Origin: Tubiluchus corallicola | Lineage: Eukaryota > Animalia > Priapulida | DNA: 64,000 nt | Direction: 5' to 3' | NCBI GenBank assembly: GCA_030141605.1 | Contig: JAQGDQ010000986.1 | Location: 8,911 to 72,910 of the forward strand | Part shown: piece after piece, positions 11,701-24,400 of the stretch | Numbering within the stretch: the stretch's first letter is position 1 | Layout of the letters: each line of letters starts with the position of its first letter | Notes under the pieces: generated by a model | Seen by the model: the letters and a program-made list of their open reading frames with translations, nothing else | Database searches by the model: none | What the model was told of the DNA's origin: nothing | Made by a program: the position numbers and the translations under genes

Positions 11701-14700
11701 GAGACGTCGGTCTGAATTTGCCGATTGACCATATTTACCAATACTAAGTTAATACAGTAGGAACTGCGAACTAGAGTCACGGTAATATAGAATCAATCAC
11801 CTAATTGTCTCAAAAACGTCTAGTAAGCGCCGCTTCTGACATACAAGCTGCAAATGCGTCATTACACGCTGCTTGGTTGCATGGATATAATGATGCAAAG
11901 AAAGTGACGGAATGCCAACTAGCTGTCAGCTCATGAAACAACGGGCTGTGTCTGTAGTATGCGTGACTTTTAACGGTCCACATTTTCTCCGATTTTTCTC
12001 ATATCTGTAAAAGCGAGGTCCAGCAAACCGAGACCGAGACAATGCACAATAATAAGCATCATGTCTGGGAACTTTCAATAAAAATAGTTCAGTGTCTGTC
12101 TTGAAAGAGAACTGTTGAATTAGTATTTTATAAAACCCCAATTACTGTATAATTAGATTAATTAATTGGAAAACACAACACTTACCAATAAAAATGCTTG
12201 CACTCAGCCATCCTTTATTAGCTGATGTCATGTGCAGCTCACATTCTGCTGATGGAAGAAGAAATGAAACGCACAGTACCTGAAGAGAAAAAACCTTTCG
12301 TAAAACTAGCAACTCGATTAAAGAAAAGGTCAAGCCTGCTGGGAAGACAAACAGCTGCCTCCTTTCAACATTCATAACAAATGTTAGAAGAATTTAGTAA
12401 TAAAAGTGTGATAACTGCCTCATGTAATTAGTAAAATCACTTAAAGTTACGATCATTTCATTCTTGAGTGCTCCCATCATGAAGGCACATTTTTCCACTA
12501 CTGATATTATTTGTGACTGAAAAAAAGCAGTGTTCGAAGTAAAATAAATTTGTACAAAAAATTAGATAGCTTATTTTGTCACAGATATACAAATTATTTT
12601 TTATTTTATTTATTAAATACACCCATACATCCACATTATGTACTATGCAGAAGTCTGAATTAATGCAAAGAGCCACAATACAAAAAGCCATGAAGTCAGC
12701 CAGTTACATGATAATTTTCAAGGCCTGAAAATTTGCATACAGCAGCAGAACACATTAATTTTATGTTTTAGAGGCAGTTTTTTTTGCAAATTTCCCCGTT
12801 ATGTTCTTCTAAGTTAAACTGCTAACAGTAAAATAAAATAAACATGCTAAATAAAGTGTCTTTTCCTTTACTTTCTTCTACTAGACCCTTTCGAATTGGC
12901 TGTATTAGAAGCTTAATGATAGATAAATTAAATTACTAAATGCTAATATAAAGGATTAAATCAAACTGACTAAACATGTGCTGTACTGACCAAAACAGTT
13001 ATAACCTTAGTAAGGAAATGAAAGTTTAATAAGAAGACTTTAATAAACAACAATAAAAACAAAAGACTTGACAATACATTCTGCCAGCGGCTACTTTACC
13101 AACGAAACAATATCAATTATTTTACTTAATTTATACATTAAGTTTGGTGAGGCTGATAACAGTTTTTGAAATTTCATTAGGCAATTGATAATAGCAAAAG
13201 TCAAAAGTACACTGTCGAAAATTCTGAATGATTACTGAAAAAAGAAGCAATTGACGATTCAGTTCTATTATATGTGATTGATTTCGTTGTTTGTTTTGAA
13301 AATTCAGATTAATTCAGAAGTATTTACAAATAGCTGCTGAAAATAGACTATAATTTAAATATGTACACATGACAGTAAGTACTTGCTTAATGACTCCCCA
13401 TTTAGCGACGTTTCGTTTCAACAACACTGTCCTTTTGTCACATCTTTTCACTCAACGACACACATTTCACTTTAATGACAACTTTGCTCAATGTGAGTTT
13501 TTATTTTATCAACAACACTTTTACCTAATTTGATGCATCAAAACAGCGTATGTAGTGTTCGCTCACTTATCATGGGTGTTCCGTTCCAGGCCCACCCGCG
13601 ATAAGTGAATTTCCGCGAAGTAGGGACGCTATACTTATTTTAGTAGTTATACATTATTTTAAGTTTTTATAAACCCTCCCAACACTCTTATACATACCAA
13701 TCGTGTGTTGTGTACAATCTCACGTCGGCAAGTAGCATCTCAAGCGGGCGCAAGTACTACATTTCGTTTTTGGTGTGTATTCATCCGCCGAATAAATACA
13801 CTATTTACTGTAAATGGTAATTTTTTATGATTTACCCTATATTTTTTAATGTTAGAATTAATACTTTTAATATATTTTTATACATTTTGTGATTTTTTAT
13901 GCAAAATTCATCAAATCTATGCATTACCGTATAATACGTACTAAGCATGTGCAAAAATACTTAGGAGTACCACAAAAGCCCGCGAAACGGCGAAAATACT
14001 GCGATAAATATTTTACATTAATATTTTTGAAAACTCGTGAAACAGGAGTCCGTGATAAACGAACCACGAAGTAGCGAGTGAACACTGCATTGTTCTGTCA
14101 TAAAATACACTAGCAACGTAAACAGTGCATTTCTTCGCTTCCCAACTGACTACTAAATCCTAGCTGTTTACATCGAGTGAGATCTGCGAGCAAACTTTAT
14201 GCGTGCAACCTGTTTAAACAGCAACCCGACTAAATATCTAGATAAAATTCCGCAGGTCACCCAGGGCTTGGCTTTGACACTGTTTATTGCTTAACTAACT
14301 TGGTTTATTGCTTAACAGCTGCCCCAGGCTTAAACATTAACGAAAGAGAAACCGCTATAGCTAGGTAATGGTAGGTAAGATAGATGGTTTCATGCAAGTA
14401 GAAAAAATTAATCGGTAGAAATATGAATAAAACTCATAAAATGTTTCAGCTATATGATTTAACCAGCATTGATTTGTGTCTCCGGAACATATCTATATTC
14501 TTTTACATTACTTTCTATGGAAGTCTTGGCTTCATTTAACGACGCTTCGGTTAACATCATTGGAACACATTATCGTCATTAAGCGAGCACTTACTGTACC
14601 ACATAAAATCATTCAAGTTTGCGCAATTAACCATACCTCTACTGCGTCACAAACATTAGCCCAACCAAGTATCAAGACAAGAACCCAATGAAACTTTCCA

Positions 14701-14849
14701 ATTCCAACTATATCGAGAACTTCGTCGTAAGACTTTTTTTCTTTGACGGAGCTAGGACTAGTAATATTTTCGTGATTTGTGTGATACTCTTTGTCACTGC
14801 CACAGGCAACATCACTACTTAACAAGTAGTCTGTTTCATGATCAACCAT
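8751..14849 (-). CDS. SV2-like (synaptic vesicle glycoprotein 2 / SVOP family) MFS transporter, paralog A, about 533 aa
   Basis: Exons 14849-14637, 12279-12186 and 10045-8751 have GT-AG ends and compatible phases. Motifs YDEVLDIVGIGKFHW, WANVCDAVEVLCVSFLLPSAECEL, ADITGRRKVL, YYAEFQPRMYRG, LPESPKYL, FGYYGLWMWFPELF, ELFPTSVRATAFG. Confidence 0.92.
13553..14087. mobile_element. Tc1/mariner (Tigger/pogo-like) non-autonomous element in intron 1 of SV2-like A
   Basis: Imperfect TIRs TAGTGTTCGCTCACTTATC / GAAGTAGCGAGTGAACACTG; flanks TG and CA look like decayed TA TSDs. Confidence 0.6.
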
Positions 14850-15264
14850 ACTGTGTCACAAGTGATTAAATTCAACAAAGTATGTAATTCTCGTACAGAG
14901 TACACGAGATTACTAGGAGTTTCCAATTATTCTGAAATGAAGTGGACTAAAAACCGAAGCTAGACTATATGCAGCGCAAGTCTGTTGCTAAGCCACCATA
15001 ACAGCAGCATTTACTAAAATCTTAATTTGATCTGATCCTTATTAATAAATTCCGCAGCGAATAGTGCCGGGACTATCCATGAAACAAAATACTTTTCGAT
15101 TTGCAGTCTTGCTGTTTGGGCCAGTAGCAAAGCAGAAACTTTTAACGTGAAGTTACTCGGCGAATTCAATTCAAGTCAATTTGTTGTGCAGATGCACTAT
15201 TAACATTACATATATTGTCCAGCACAAAAAGATAATTGTATACAGGTAAAACTACCGATTACTA

Positions 15265-15323
<59 letters not shown>

Positions 15324-16070
15324 AAACTGACGTGCTGCTACTTTGTTATACTAGCTATTACGAGATACAGATCGACTCGTACAATTATATTATTAATCAA
15401 TTGAAATTGGATCAGATCTGCATAGATGAGTCAGCGATTAGCAATAGTAGTTACCTCCATTCTTACACAACACGTCCATTTTCTTCCATTCGGTTTAACA
15501 ATCTGGTAATTATTTTTAAAATTGTCATCAGAGTGATAAGAGTTCATCATGCTAAATACAGCCTCTTATAACAAAGTTATTAAAATAATTATAATGGCTT
15601 TAATAAATAATTTAAAATTAAAACGCAATAAGATTCATGTACAGAGTATATAAATTAATACGGTACTCGAGCTGCTAGAGCACGTAAATTACTATAGTAA
15701 AATTTTAAAATTTCTAAGTAATGAATTGTCATTATCATTTTAGTGAATACTTATAAAACAACTTTAATTTTGAAAATCTGTGACCTCAAGTTCGTAACGT
15801 TAATAAAAGCTAGTCTTGTAATTATATAATAGCAACCTCAATTTAAAATTATTCAGTGGTGGACCAAATCTGTATTAAACTGAGTTCAAAATGAAATTCA
15901 TGCATAATAATAATAACAATAACAATAATAAAAACAATATAAACATAGAAAATGGCACACTCATGTTTATAAATTGTCTTTAAATGAAATTAAATGAAGT
16001 ACAAAATGATTTATTGTGTTTCATTCTTAATTTCGCACATCTTGTAAATTCTCACGTTTGTACAATCCTG

Positions 16071-19000
16071 TCATACTACATTTTCAGGATTAGGAAAAAG
16101 AAGACCAGTTAAACCACCCCCTACCAAACTTATAGTCATCAGTATCATTGGTAAAAAACAGTTTTTGTCAATGAGATGTCCAAACGAAATATTTCCTAAG
16201 ATTGCACCAGTGCGGCCGAATACCTGCGCAAGTCCAAATGCAGTTGCTTTAACAGGTGTGGGAAATATTTCCGAACCCAACACTTCTAATGTATTCCATG
16301 ACAAAACAGACATAGCAGCAAAAGCACAGGAAAGAATTAAATTTTGGAGAGAACTTGTCACAAACCAAATGAAAAATGTAATAATTGCACATGTTGTCAT
16401 GGCAACACCCAACATCAGTCGTCTTTTTACCCTGTCCATAAGCAGAATAGACAATAAATTGCCAGGGATGTTTGCTAATGCAAGAAACACTGTATTCAGA
16501 TATACAGAACTGTTCGTAACAATTTCTGTGCAATTTTCGCTAGAGATTATCTTTGAGGTATGGTTTTTGAAAACTGCAGCACTGTTACAAATGGTAGCAT
16601 TTTTCCCTACATCTTCATCGTGTGCATAAAGTCTTTTAAATAATTCGGGAAACCACATCCACAAACCGTAGAAAGAAAATGCTAATGTAAAATTAACGGT
16701 GATCCACACAAAAGTGAATCGGCAGAGAGACGGATGAAAAAGCTCCTTTGCTTTAGGCGCACATGCGCAAATTATGGAATATTTACTTTTTAGCTCTCTT
16801 CTTGAACCCTTAGGATTAGGGCAGAAATCACTGCAGCACATCAACTCTATCTTGTCGAAATGAACGTAATTTTTGGTGTTTGCCTTTTTATTGAAATTGT
16901 ATATCTTTTCTAAAGTTTCCATGCACAGTTTATCCTTTCCTCTCTCGTGAAAATATTTCGGGCTTTCGGGCAAACACCAAACCGGCATAACTGCCGTAAA
17001 AGCGGGAACTGTACACAGCAAAGTAAAAATTCTCCAACTGGTAAACGAAAAAACTGGACTGACAAAGTTCAACTGCTTTCGGGGAATCACCGCCCAACCT
17101 ACAACAGCAACTAGTATGTTTCCAATAACCCAGAAGGTAGCCAGATAGCTGAGCATCCGCCCTCTGGCTTTCTTTGGCTGAAATTCGGCATAATAAGACC
17201 AGACTACTGGAAAATTGCCACCAACACCGAACCCGCTGAGCACACGTAGAATAAAAAATAGCCAGTAAGACTGAGCGAAACTTGACAGGGCACCAAACGT
17301 GCCATTGATGAATAAAGAGAGAATGAGCACTCTGCGACGTCCGGTCACATCCGCCAAGGTGGCCATTGGATAACCTCCTGCCATCATACCTGCGCAATCA
17401 AAACAAACATTTATCAGCCGAGAGGTATATATCGGTGTATAATAGATCAAATACGTTAATTATTGCCTTAGATCAACGGTGTAGCAACAACTGTAGTGAT
17501 ACAACTGGTGTAGCAATAGAAATAACTTTATATTTGAAAAATAATGATGATGCCACAACATCCATTTACTTTATTTTTCATTTTAAAATGGCAACTCCAA
17601 CAACAATAATACAATATATAACAAAACACAGTATAACATGATATGATATGATATAGCATGATACACACAGGATTTCATAATTATAGTAATATTTTAATAA
17701 AATGATTATGGTATGTGATCTACATAATAATAATATATAATAATGATAATAATAATAATAACAACAACAACAACAACAACAATAATAATAATAATAATAA
17801 TGCTGGATGCATTATTATAGGCATAGTCAGGAAACATTGGTAGTGCGACTATAATGCAACTAATGGTGCAGGTACTACGATGCAAAAAGGGAAGGTAAAA
17901 AAACAATGGAATGATAGGTGGAAGGCCCAAGAGATCGGAATTAGCAGGGTTAGGTTAGGGAAATGATGTTAATGAAAATGAATATGAGATTGCTATTTAG
18001 AACTTTGCAAAAATATGTACACATTTATTTATATATGTTTACTGTGGGCCAGTCTGCTGTGCATTGGGAATGGTGCACTATTTACATGTAAGAAGGGATA
18101 GATGACTTGCCAACTTTAGAACACATTCTTTTTTCACTTCAGCGTAGTGCAATTAAGTCATTGTCTAGCCCTAGCACTCAAAGTCAGGCCTGGGCCACTT
18201 CTTTCTTTGATGACTACATGTGGATGGACCAGAACTCGGTTACCTCATTATCCAGGACATTCCAACATGAATTTCTGAATTGTTAGCGCTGCCTTAATTA
18301 GTTGCAACTTTCCCAGCAAACTAATTTGCTAGTCAGGCACAGTGTTCCTTAACTTTGATTAGGAAAAATTTTACCAGGATAATGCAAAGCCTAAGACCAC
18401 GAATACATTTACCTTAGGTCTTAGGAAAAGAAAGGACAATTGTTATGTGTGAATTGACATTATCATTAAATAATATATAATTAATATTGTAGTTGTAAAA
18501 CAGAACCAGTGTGCAGTTTTTGTCAAAAGCACTTGTTTACTTTATTATTCAAATAGCGTAAGAAAGTAATTATAATCCAAGCAGCACGACAATATTGTAC
18601 CAATGTTGTCACAATGTATTTGCAAATATGGATACCAGATGCAAATGTGGACTTGCTACAATAGCGTACCAATATTTTTTATCAATAAGTGAAAACCATG
18701 TGTTTCCAAAATTGGACGATAATACTGGTCCAATGTTGTACCAATGTTAAATAAAAAATATCCTATGCTGACCAAAAATGTGACAATATTTTCTAAACAT
18801 ATTTTTGTGAATATCCTGGACAAGATCGTGACCACATGGTGGCAATGTTGTGTGCCGCCTGAGAATTTAGTTACCAATGAAGGTGCTTGCACCTAACCAT
18901 CCTTTGTTAGCGGAAGTTAAGCCAAGTTCACATTCAGCTGCTGGAAGCATGAAAGACACGCAAAGTACCTAAAAATGTAAATCATATGACTTTGTTATAA

Positions 19001-19098
19001 TTAAAGCATGATAACGAGTTAACTGACTGCCAATACTTTCATAAAGCAAGTGCTGACATTCACACGCTTTATGGAGGCCACCTGCATTATTGATTCTG

Positions 19099-19155
<57 letters not shown>

Positions 19156-19883
19156 CATATAAAGAATATACTGAACATACAGATTTTTTTAATTTTAACT
19201 CACAGTTACCTTAGTTACTACGTCCAGATATCATTCAGAAAAGTTTGCCTAGTCAAGTTAGCCTGCTAAAACCACTTTTGCAGTTAATCATAAATTAATG
19301 GTTAATTTTTCAAGTTAATGGCAAATACTATAATGGTGAAAAAATTTCAAAATGGCAAGTTATTTACACATATACGTATCAGTTAGTTATACGTCACAAA
19401 AACTGTTTTAAAAACTTGTTATGCACAATTTGAGACCTCATGAGGCAAGACTCAGCAGAGTAAATCAAAAGAACTGATGCGTCTACTCTGCTTAGTTTTA
19501 GGTTCGATTATTACTAGTAACGATTTTCATTATTAAATAGACAGATACATGAGATTTTCTGTAGTGTTAGACAACTAAATTAATAAAGCAAGTTATTTTG
19601 TGGATAAATGAAGAAAATGATCTGCAATTAGTCTAAATTAGTATTTTTGAATTTTTTACTCTGATTTTACCTCAACAGCATCACAAACATTTGACCAGCC
19701 GAGGCCTAATAACAACAGCCAATGGAATTTTCCTACTCCGACTAAGTCAAGGATTTCATCGTACGTTTTCTTGTGTTTTAACGTGACACTGCTCGTTTCA
19801 TAAGTCTCGTATTCTGTATCCATATATCCTGCATCCTTACTGCCATATCCAGCAAGCGGTAATAGTTCTTCAGAAAGCACCAT
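16071..19883 (-). CDS. SV2-like MFS transporter, paralog B, about 541 aa
   Basis: Exons 19883-19671, 18968-18875 and 17389-16071; same intron positions and the same 213-nt and 94-nt first two coding exons as paralog A; same MFS/SV2 motifs. Confidence 0.92.
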
Positions 19884-20559
19884 TTAATTTTTTTAGTAGC
19901 CTCTATTTTTTCGCACCCAGTAACGATTTCCAATCTGTGTACTAAGCAGAACGAAAAGTAAATAACCAAGACGACAAGAAATTCGCAAAAACCACGCAAA
20001 ACTTTCAAACGGGTTTTGCTATTTCTCATTCGTGGTAGAGACTACTAGTCTTCATACAGAGAAATAATGTCTCTGCGTATGCAAAATACCGGGTGCCTAA
20101 TCTATTCTATAATTTGTTTATCTAAGAACTAGATGAGCTCAAATAACTCATCGAGTCATCAGTTTCTGACAACCGCAGAAATGTGGGTAGTCGTAAACAA
20201 TTGATACTTTCAAGGATTTGTCAAGAAACATCGTTGAACATGAACGTACTTTTAGGTCGTTATTTTGCGGTGCTTAGGAAGATTGTCAGGCTACTACTGA
20301 TCATTTTCTACAGGTCGCCAGGTAACATGGCTACAATTAAAAAAAAATTGTTAGAAGTGGTGCTGATAAGACCGAGCTTATAATTGTAATGTTACTGACA
20401 GCACCATAGTTTTGCAAGTAACCACTAAACCTGCTGCGTAGTTTGTAGATACCAACTAGCTACATCATGCAAGATTTTGTCTATTTTAAGCAAGACATAG
20501 AATTTTACTCATTTTTAGTATTTAGCAAAAAATGATATGATAAGGATGCACTTCTTAGG

Positions 20560-20930
20560 GCACATAAATCTTTGTAAGGCCAATCGTTGACTAATGTTCC
20601 CCAGTATGGTACGTGTCCACATTAACCGCGTGACATCGTAGACAAAGATATTTTACACTTTGTCTTATTAGATGTAGCATGACTCATACACCGATATACC
20701 AAAAGTTGTAAATTTAAAGTCATTAGAAGGAAGACGAAATGATCTGTGTATGTGTTATAAAATCACTCTCATAAAGATGTAGGTTTAAGTGTTGGAAAGT
20801 TTTTTATTAGAACGCAATCTGATTGTACGCTGAGTAACCTTTCGTTGAAACTTTCTGTATAAAGAACAGATAAAGAGCACTTTGGACATTTTTTTTAAAC
20901 TGTATTATTCACATGTGGAATTCTTTTTCA
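20560..20930 (+). mobile_element. Highly degenerate non-LTR retrotransposon (CR1/L2-like) 3' fragment
   Basis: Broken-frame remnants resembling post-RT motifs (VRP...PVW; LNLKSLEGRR.DLCMCYKI); recognised by eye only. Confidence 0.4.
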
Positions 20931-21489
20931 AATCTGTGACTGGTTCTTTGCATATAGAGAGCCACAAATATTATAATGTAAAAGCTTGTGTCTAGTTGAT
21001 CTTTATAATTTTCTGAAATATGAAGTGCACATGTGAGCATTGGTTTTTATAAAATATGTCCAATATAGTCCAGTATAGTCCACATAGTCCAATATATTTA
21101 GCATTGGTTTTTAGAAAATATGAAAAATCAACATTGGACCAAATTTTTGGGTCATTCTACTTTGACGTATTTTAACATAGTTTTAACACTGTCAACTTAT
21201 GGACGGTTTTGGTTTGCAAGCACACATATAAGAAAAAAACATTACAAGAAAACAAATTACTGTGCCACCATGCTCATAGTTTAAGTCATTAAGTTTTATG
21301 AACTAAAATTTGAAATTTTACAATAATATAAGCATGCAACTGTATTTTTGAATAGTCTGAATCAAAATCAGACGTTGTATCAGAATTGAAACTTTTTATT
21401 TTTAGTGTAATCAGCATCAGAATTGTCATTTATGTCCTTCCATCACTAGTTTTTCAGTTCTAAGTGTGCCTTTTTAATTTTAGGTGAAG

Positions 21490-24400
21490 ATGTCGGTTAT
21501 TGCTTGCTTGGCTATCTTTGCATTCCTGTTGTATGTTATTAGTCGATTGCTCAGTCATCACCGTGTACCGGCGATTCCGTCCATGTTTCATGGCGATTCA
21601 GAGTTTGTGAGGAAAACATTAGAACAATGTCCTATTTTATACAAAGTGTAAGTATTTTCTCTGTTATGATCAAGTAAGTTAATTTTGTTTAATGAGATCA
21701 ACCATTTTTGTATGTTGTACATTTAATTCTGCCTTTGGGTATGTTTTCCATCATGTTTACCTGTTTCCATTGCAAATGTTCAGCAGGCCCGTTTTATACA
21801 TTGCCAAATTTACAAGTGTGACGGGAACACAAAAGAATTTCCTTCATAGCATATGGTGTTCCCAGAAATCTTTATTTCTGTATATATAAAAAGTGAAAAT
21901 AATAAATCTGACTGCTTTCACTGCTTACAAATGTATAAAGACCTAATTATTATAATTTAAGACAATAATTGTAAATATTACTCACATCGTGCGACTATAA
22001 CAACTTAATACATCCTTGGAACGTCATACTGGTTTACAGCAAATCAGCTAGAGACGCTACAAATAATTACTTGAAAATTTATGTAAACATTATTTAACGT
22101 TTGCTGAGGCTTCTCTAAGCGTGTTTAGTGAGGCTCAACCTAATTTACAACTTCACAGGTAAAATTACAGGTAAGTTCACACAGGTGCTGCCACCTACAT
22201 GTTAAGGCCAGAAACTTACCTTAACAACAAGTGTAATTTAAAATTGAGACAAGAACAAGTTGACCTAGAAGACAAACACAGGAGAAATTTAAATTGTTTC
22301 AGAAGACAAATTTGCTTAGAACTGTTGCTATTAGTCTATACAGAATGGTGCAACTGCTTGAAAAGGAGTTACAGCAAGAATTTAGTTACTGATTTGCTTT
22401 AATTGTCATGGAAGGATATAATCTATTGTTTAACTTACAAGGTTAGCTGTTGCATGATGGGATGTAGATGCGTGGATTAAAGGAAAAACCAACGATAGAC
22501 AGAGCTTTGCATAGCGATGCTTCTGCAGTTCACTTAGAAATTCCTTTATTCTAGCTGATTTGTGTGAAAACTCATCGGATCAATTTGCGATAACTTTAAT
22601 GTGCTTACATTGCTTTAAATCCGCGGGATTAAACCTCAGAATGCATAAGTATTCTGCAAGGCTTTGAACAAACAGAATGTGATAGGAGTAAAATAATTGG
22701 TATAGATGTTACGTTAGAGTTTGTTTATTATAATGGTTAAAGCTGCTTGCTGATTATTGTTGTTTATTGTGAGGTAACCACGATGGGCATGGCAAACTAT
22801 CAAGACTTTATTTAATAAACTAAACATTTATTAAATATCCAGCAATAGTCTAATCTTGCATCATCAAGCATTTAATCTTGAATTATTAATTTAATAATTT
22901 AATCACCAATTTAATCAAAATGACTATTTAACACAGCTTTCCTTTACTACAGGCGGTGTACTTAGCCTATAGACTACAGTTTTAACTTGTTTAAATAATT
23001 ATTCCGTTACTTTGTTGGCGTTAGCTAGCTGAGTTGGAGATTATAATATTAACGTCAGTGTTCTTCATTACATAGTGGGCTAAGTGATTTATCAAAAAGC
23101 ACAGATAGCATTAATAATCTCTCATTTAACATTTTAGATTGTTTGTAGTTGATAATAGTAACTGTAGCTGCAAAAGACGTATGCATCAGCAGCTGGCCGG
23201 GATAAGTGCCTATACTGCACGGTAACCAAATGACACCATTTTTTGTTCAAAATGAGCGCACCAAAGCTCGAAGTGATGACGAGTTTAAATTTTTTAATCA
23301 CAATTATCACGAGGCACTTATCACAATTTTTATTGCTGAAATTTTCTAACATTTTTCCCACACAATAATATGGGTTCCACTTCCCGAGAAATCTGGCTTT
23401 TGCTTTAAAGGAAAACAGGATGGTTTTTCATATACTACCCCATTTTCAACTATGATACAAAGTATATATTTTAACACCAATAAAACTATAAAAGCATTTC
23501 TGATAATTAAATAATAGATTAATATCTTAATTAATGAGAGGTTACTCCAACTAGTGATAACATCACAAACTAACATAATTTTCAAAATCAAAAACATTTC
23601 ACGAGCATGTTGCACGTGTTTGCAAAAAGCAAAAATTGAAGTATAGCTCTACTGTAAGATATTCAGTGTGTTGTAATAGAATTTCTGCAAGTTTTAAGAT
23701 ACAAATTCAGATTTCAAATTTTCCGCAGTACTCACGCCTAAGCTGTCGAACACGCGCAGTTTGTCACATACTAACACGTCTGGACTGAGAGGTACAGCAC
23801 CTGTTTTTTTGTACATCACATTTCTGAAATGCAGGTGCTAGTGCCCGTGTAGCTGTCAAATGGCGAAATGCATGTAACAGTGAAAAAGTAGTGGCACGAA
23901 CGCGAAATTGTGTTTGTGTGGTAGTAATTTTTTCACGTAAGTCATTTTTGAAAAAAATAGTTTGTTTTCTTTCAATGTTTTAAAGAGAAAATCGTTTTGA
24001 CCTAAAGATTAAAATTGGGTCCGGTTTTGCTTTAACATTCAGTTAAATACATATATGTGCAAATGTAAAATGCAATTATTAAATTACTGAACAAACTTTT
24101 TACTGACAGTTGACTTACATCCGTGAATTGTTAATAAATTAATATTTTTTGTAGCTATGACCCTCCTTCCACATGGGGACGAAGTGGACATTTACAGACT
24201 TTCGTATACAGTGTCCTCGGTCGTGTGAAGTCTCCGTTTCCCAGAGGGGAGCGGCGGAGTATACAAATGACAGATGGCGCCACTTTAACATTTGATGTCT
24301 TTCCAGCCCTTGCGAAGCACAGATGTGAGGGTGGGTGTTTCGTATCTAAACTTTATTAATTTTGTTTCTCTATCATAACGTATGTATGAATCATTGGTTT

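Noticed and set aside
8830-16629. Similar plus-strand ORFs at 8830-9255 and 16165-16629
   Set aside because: Antisense shadows of the paralogous SV2-like coding exons.
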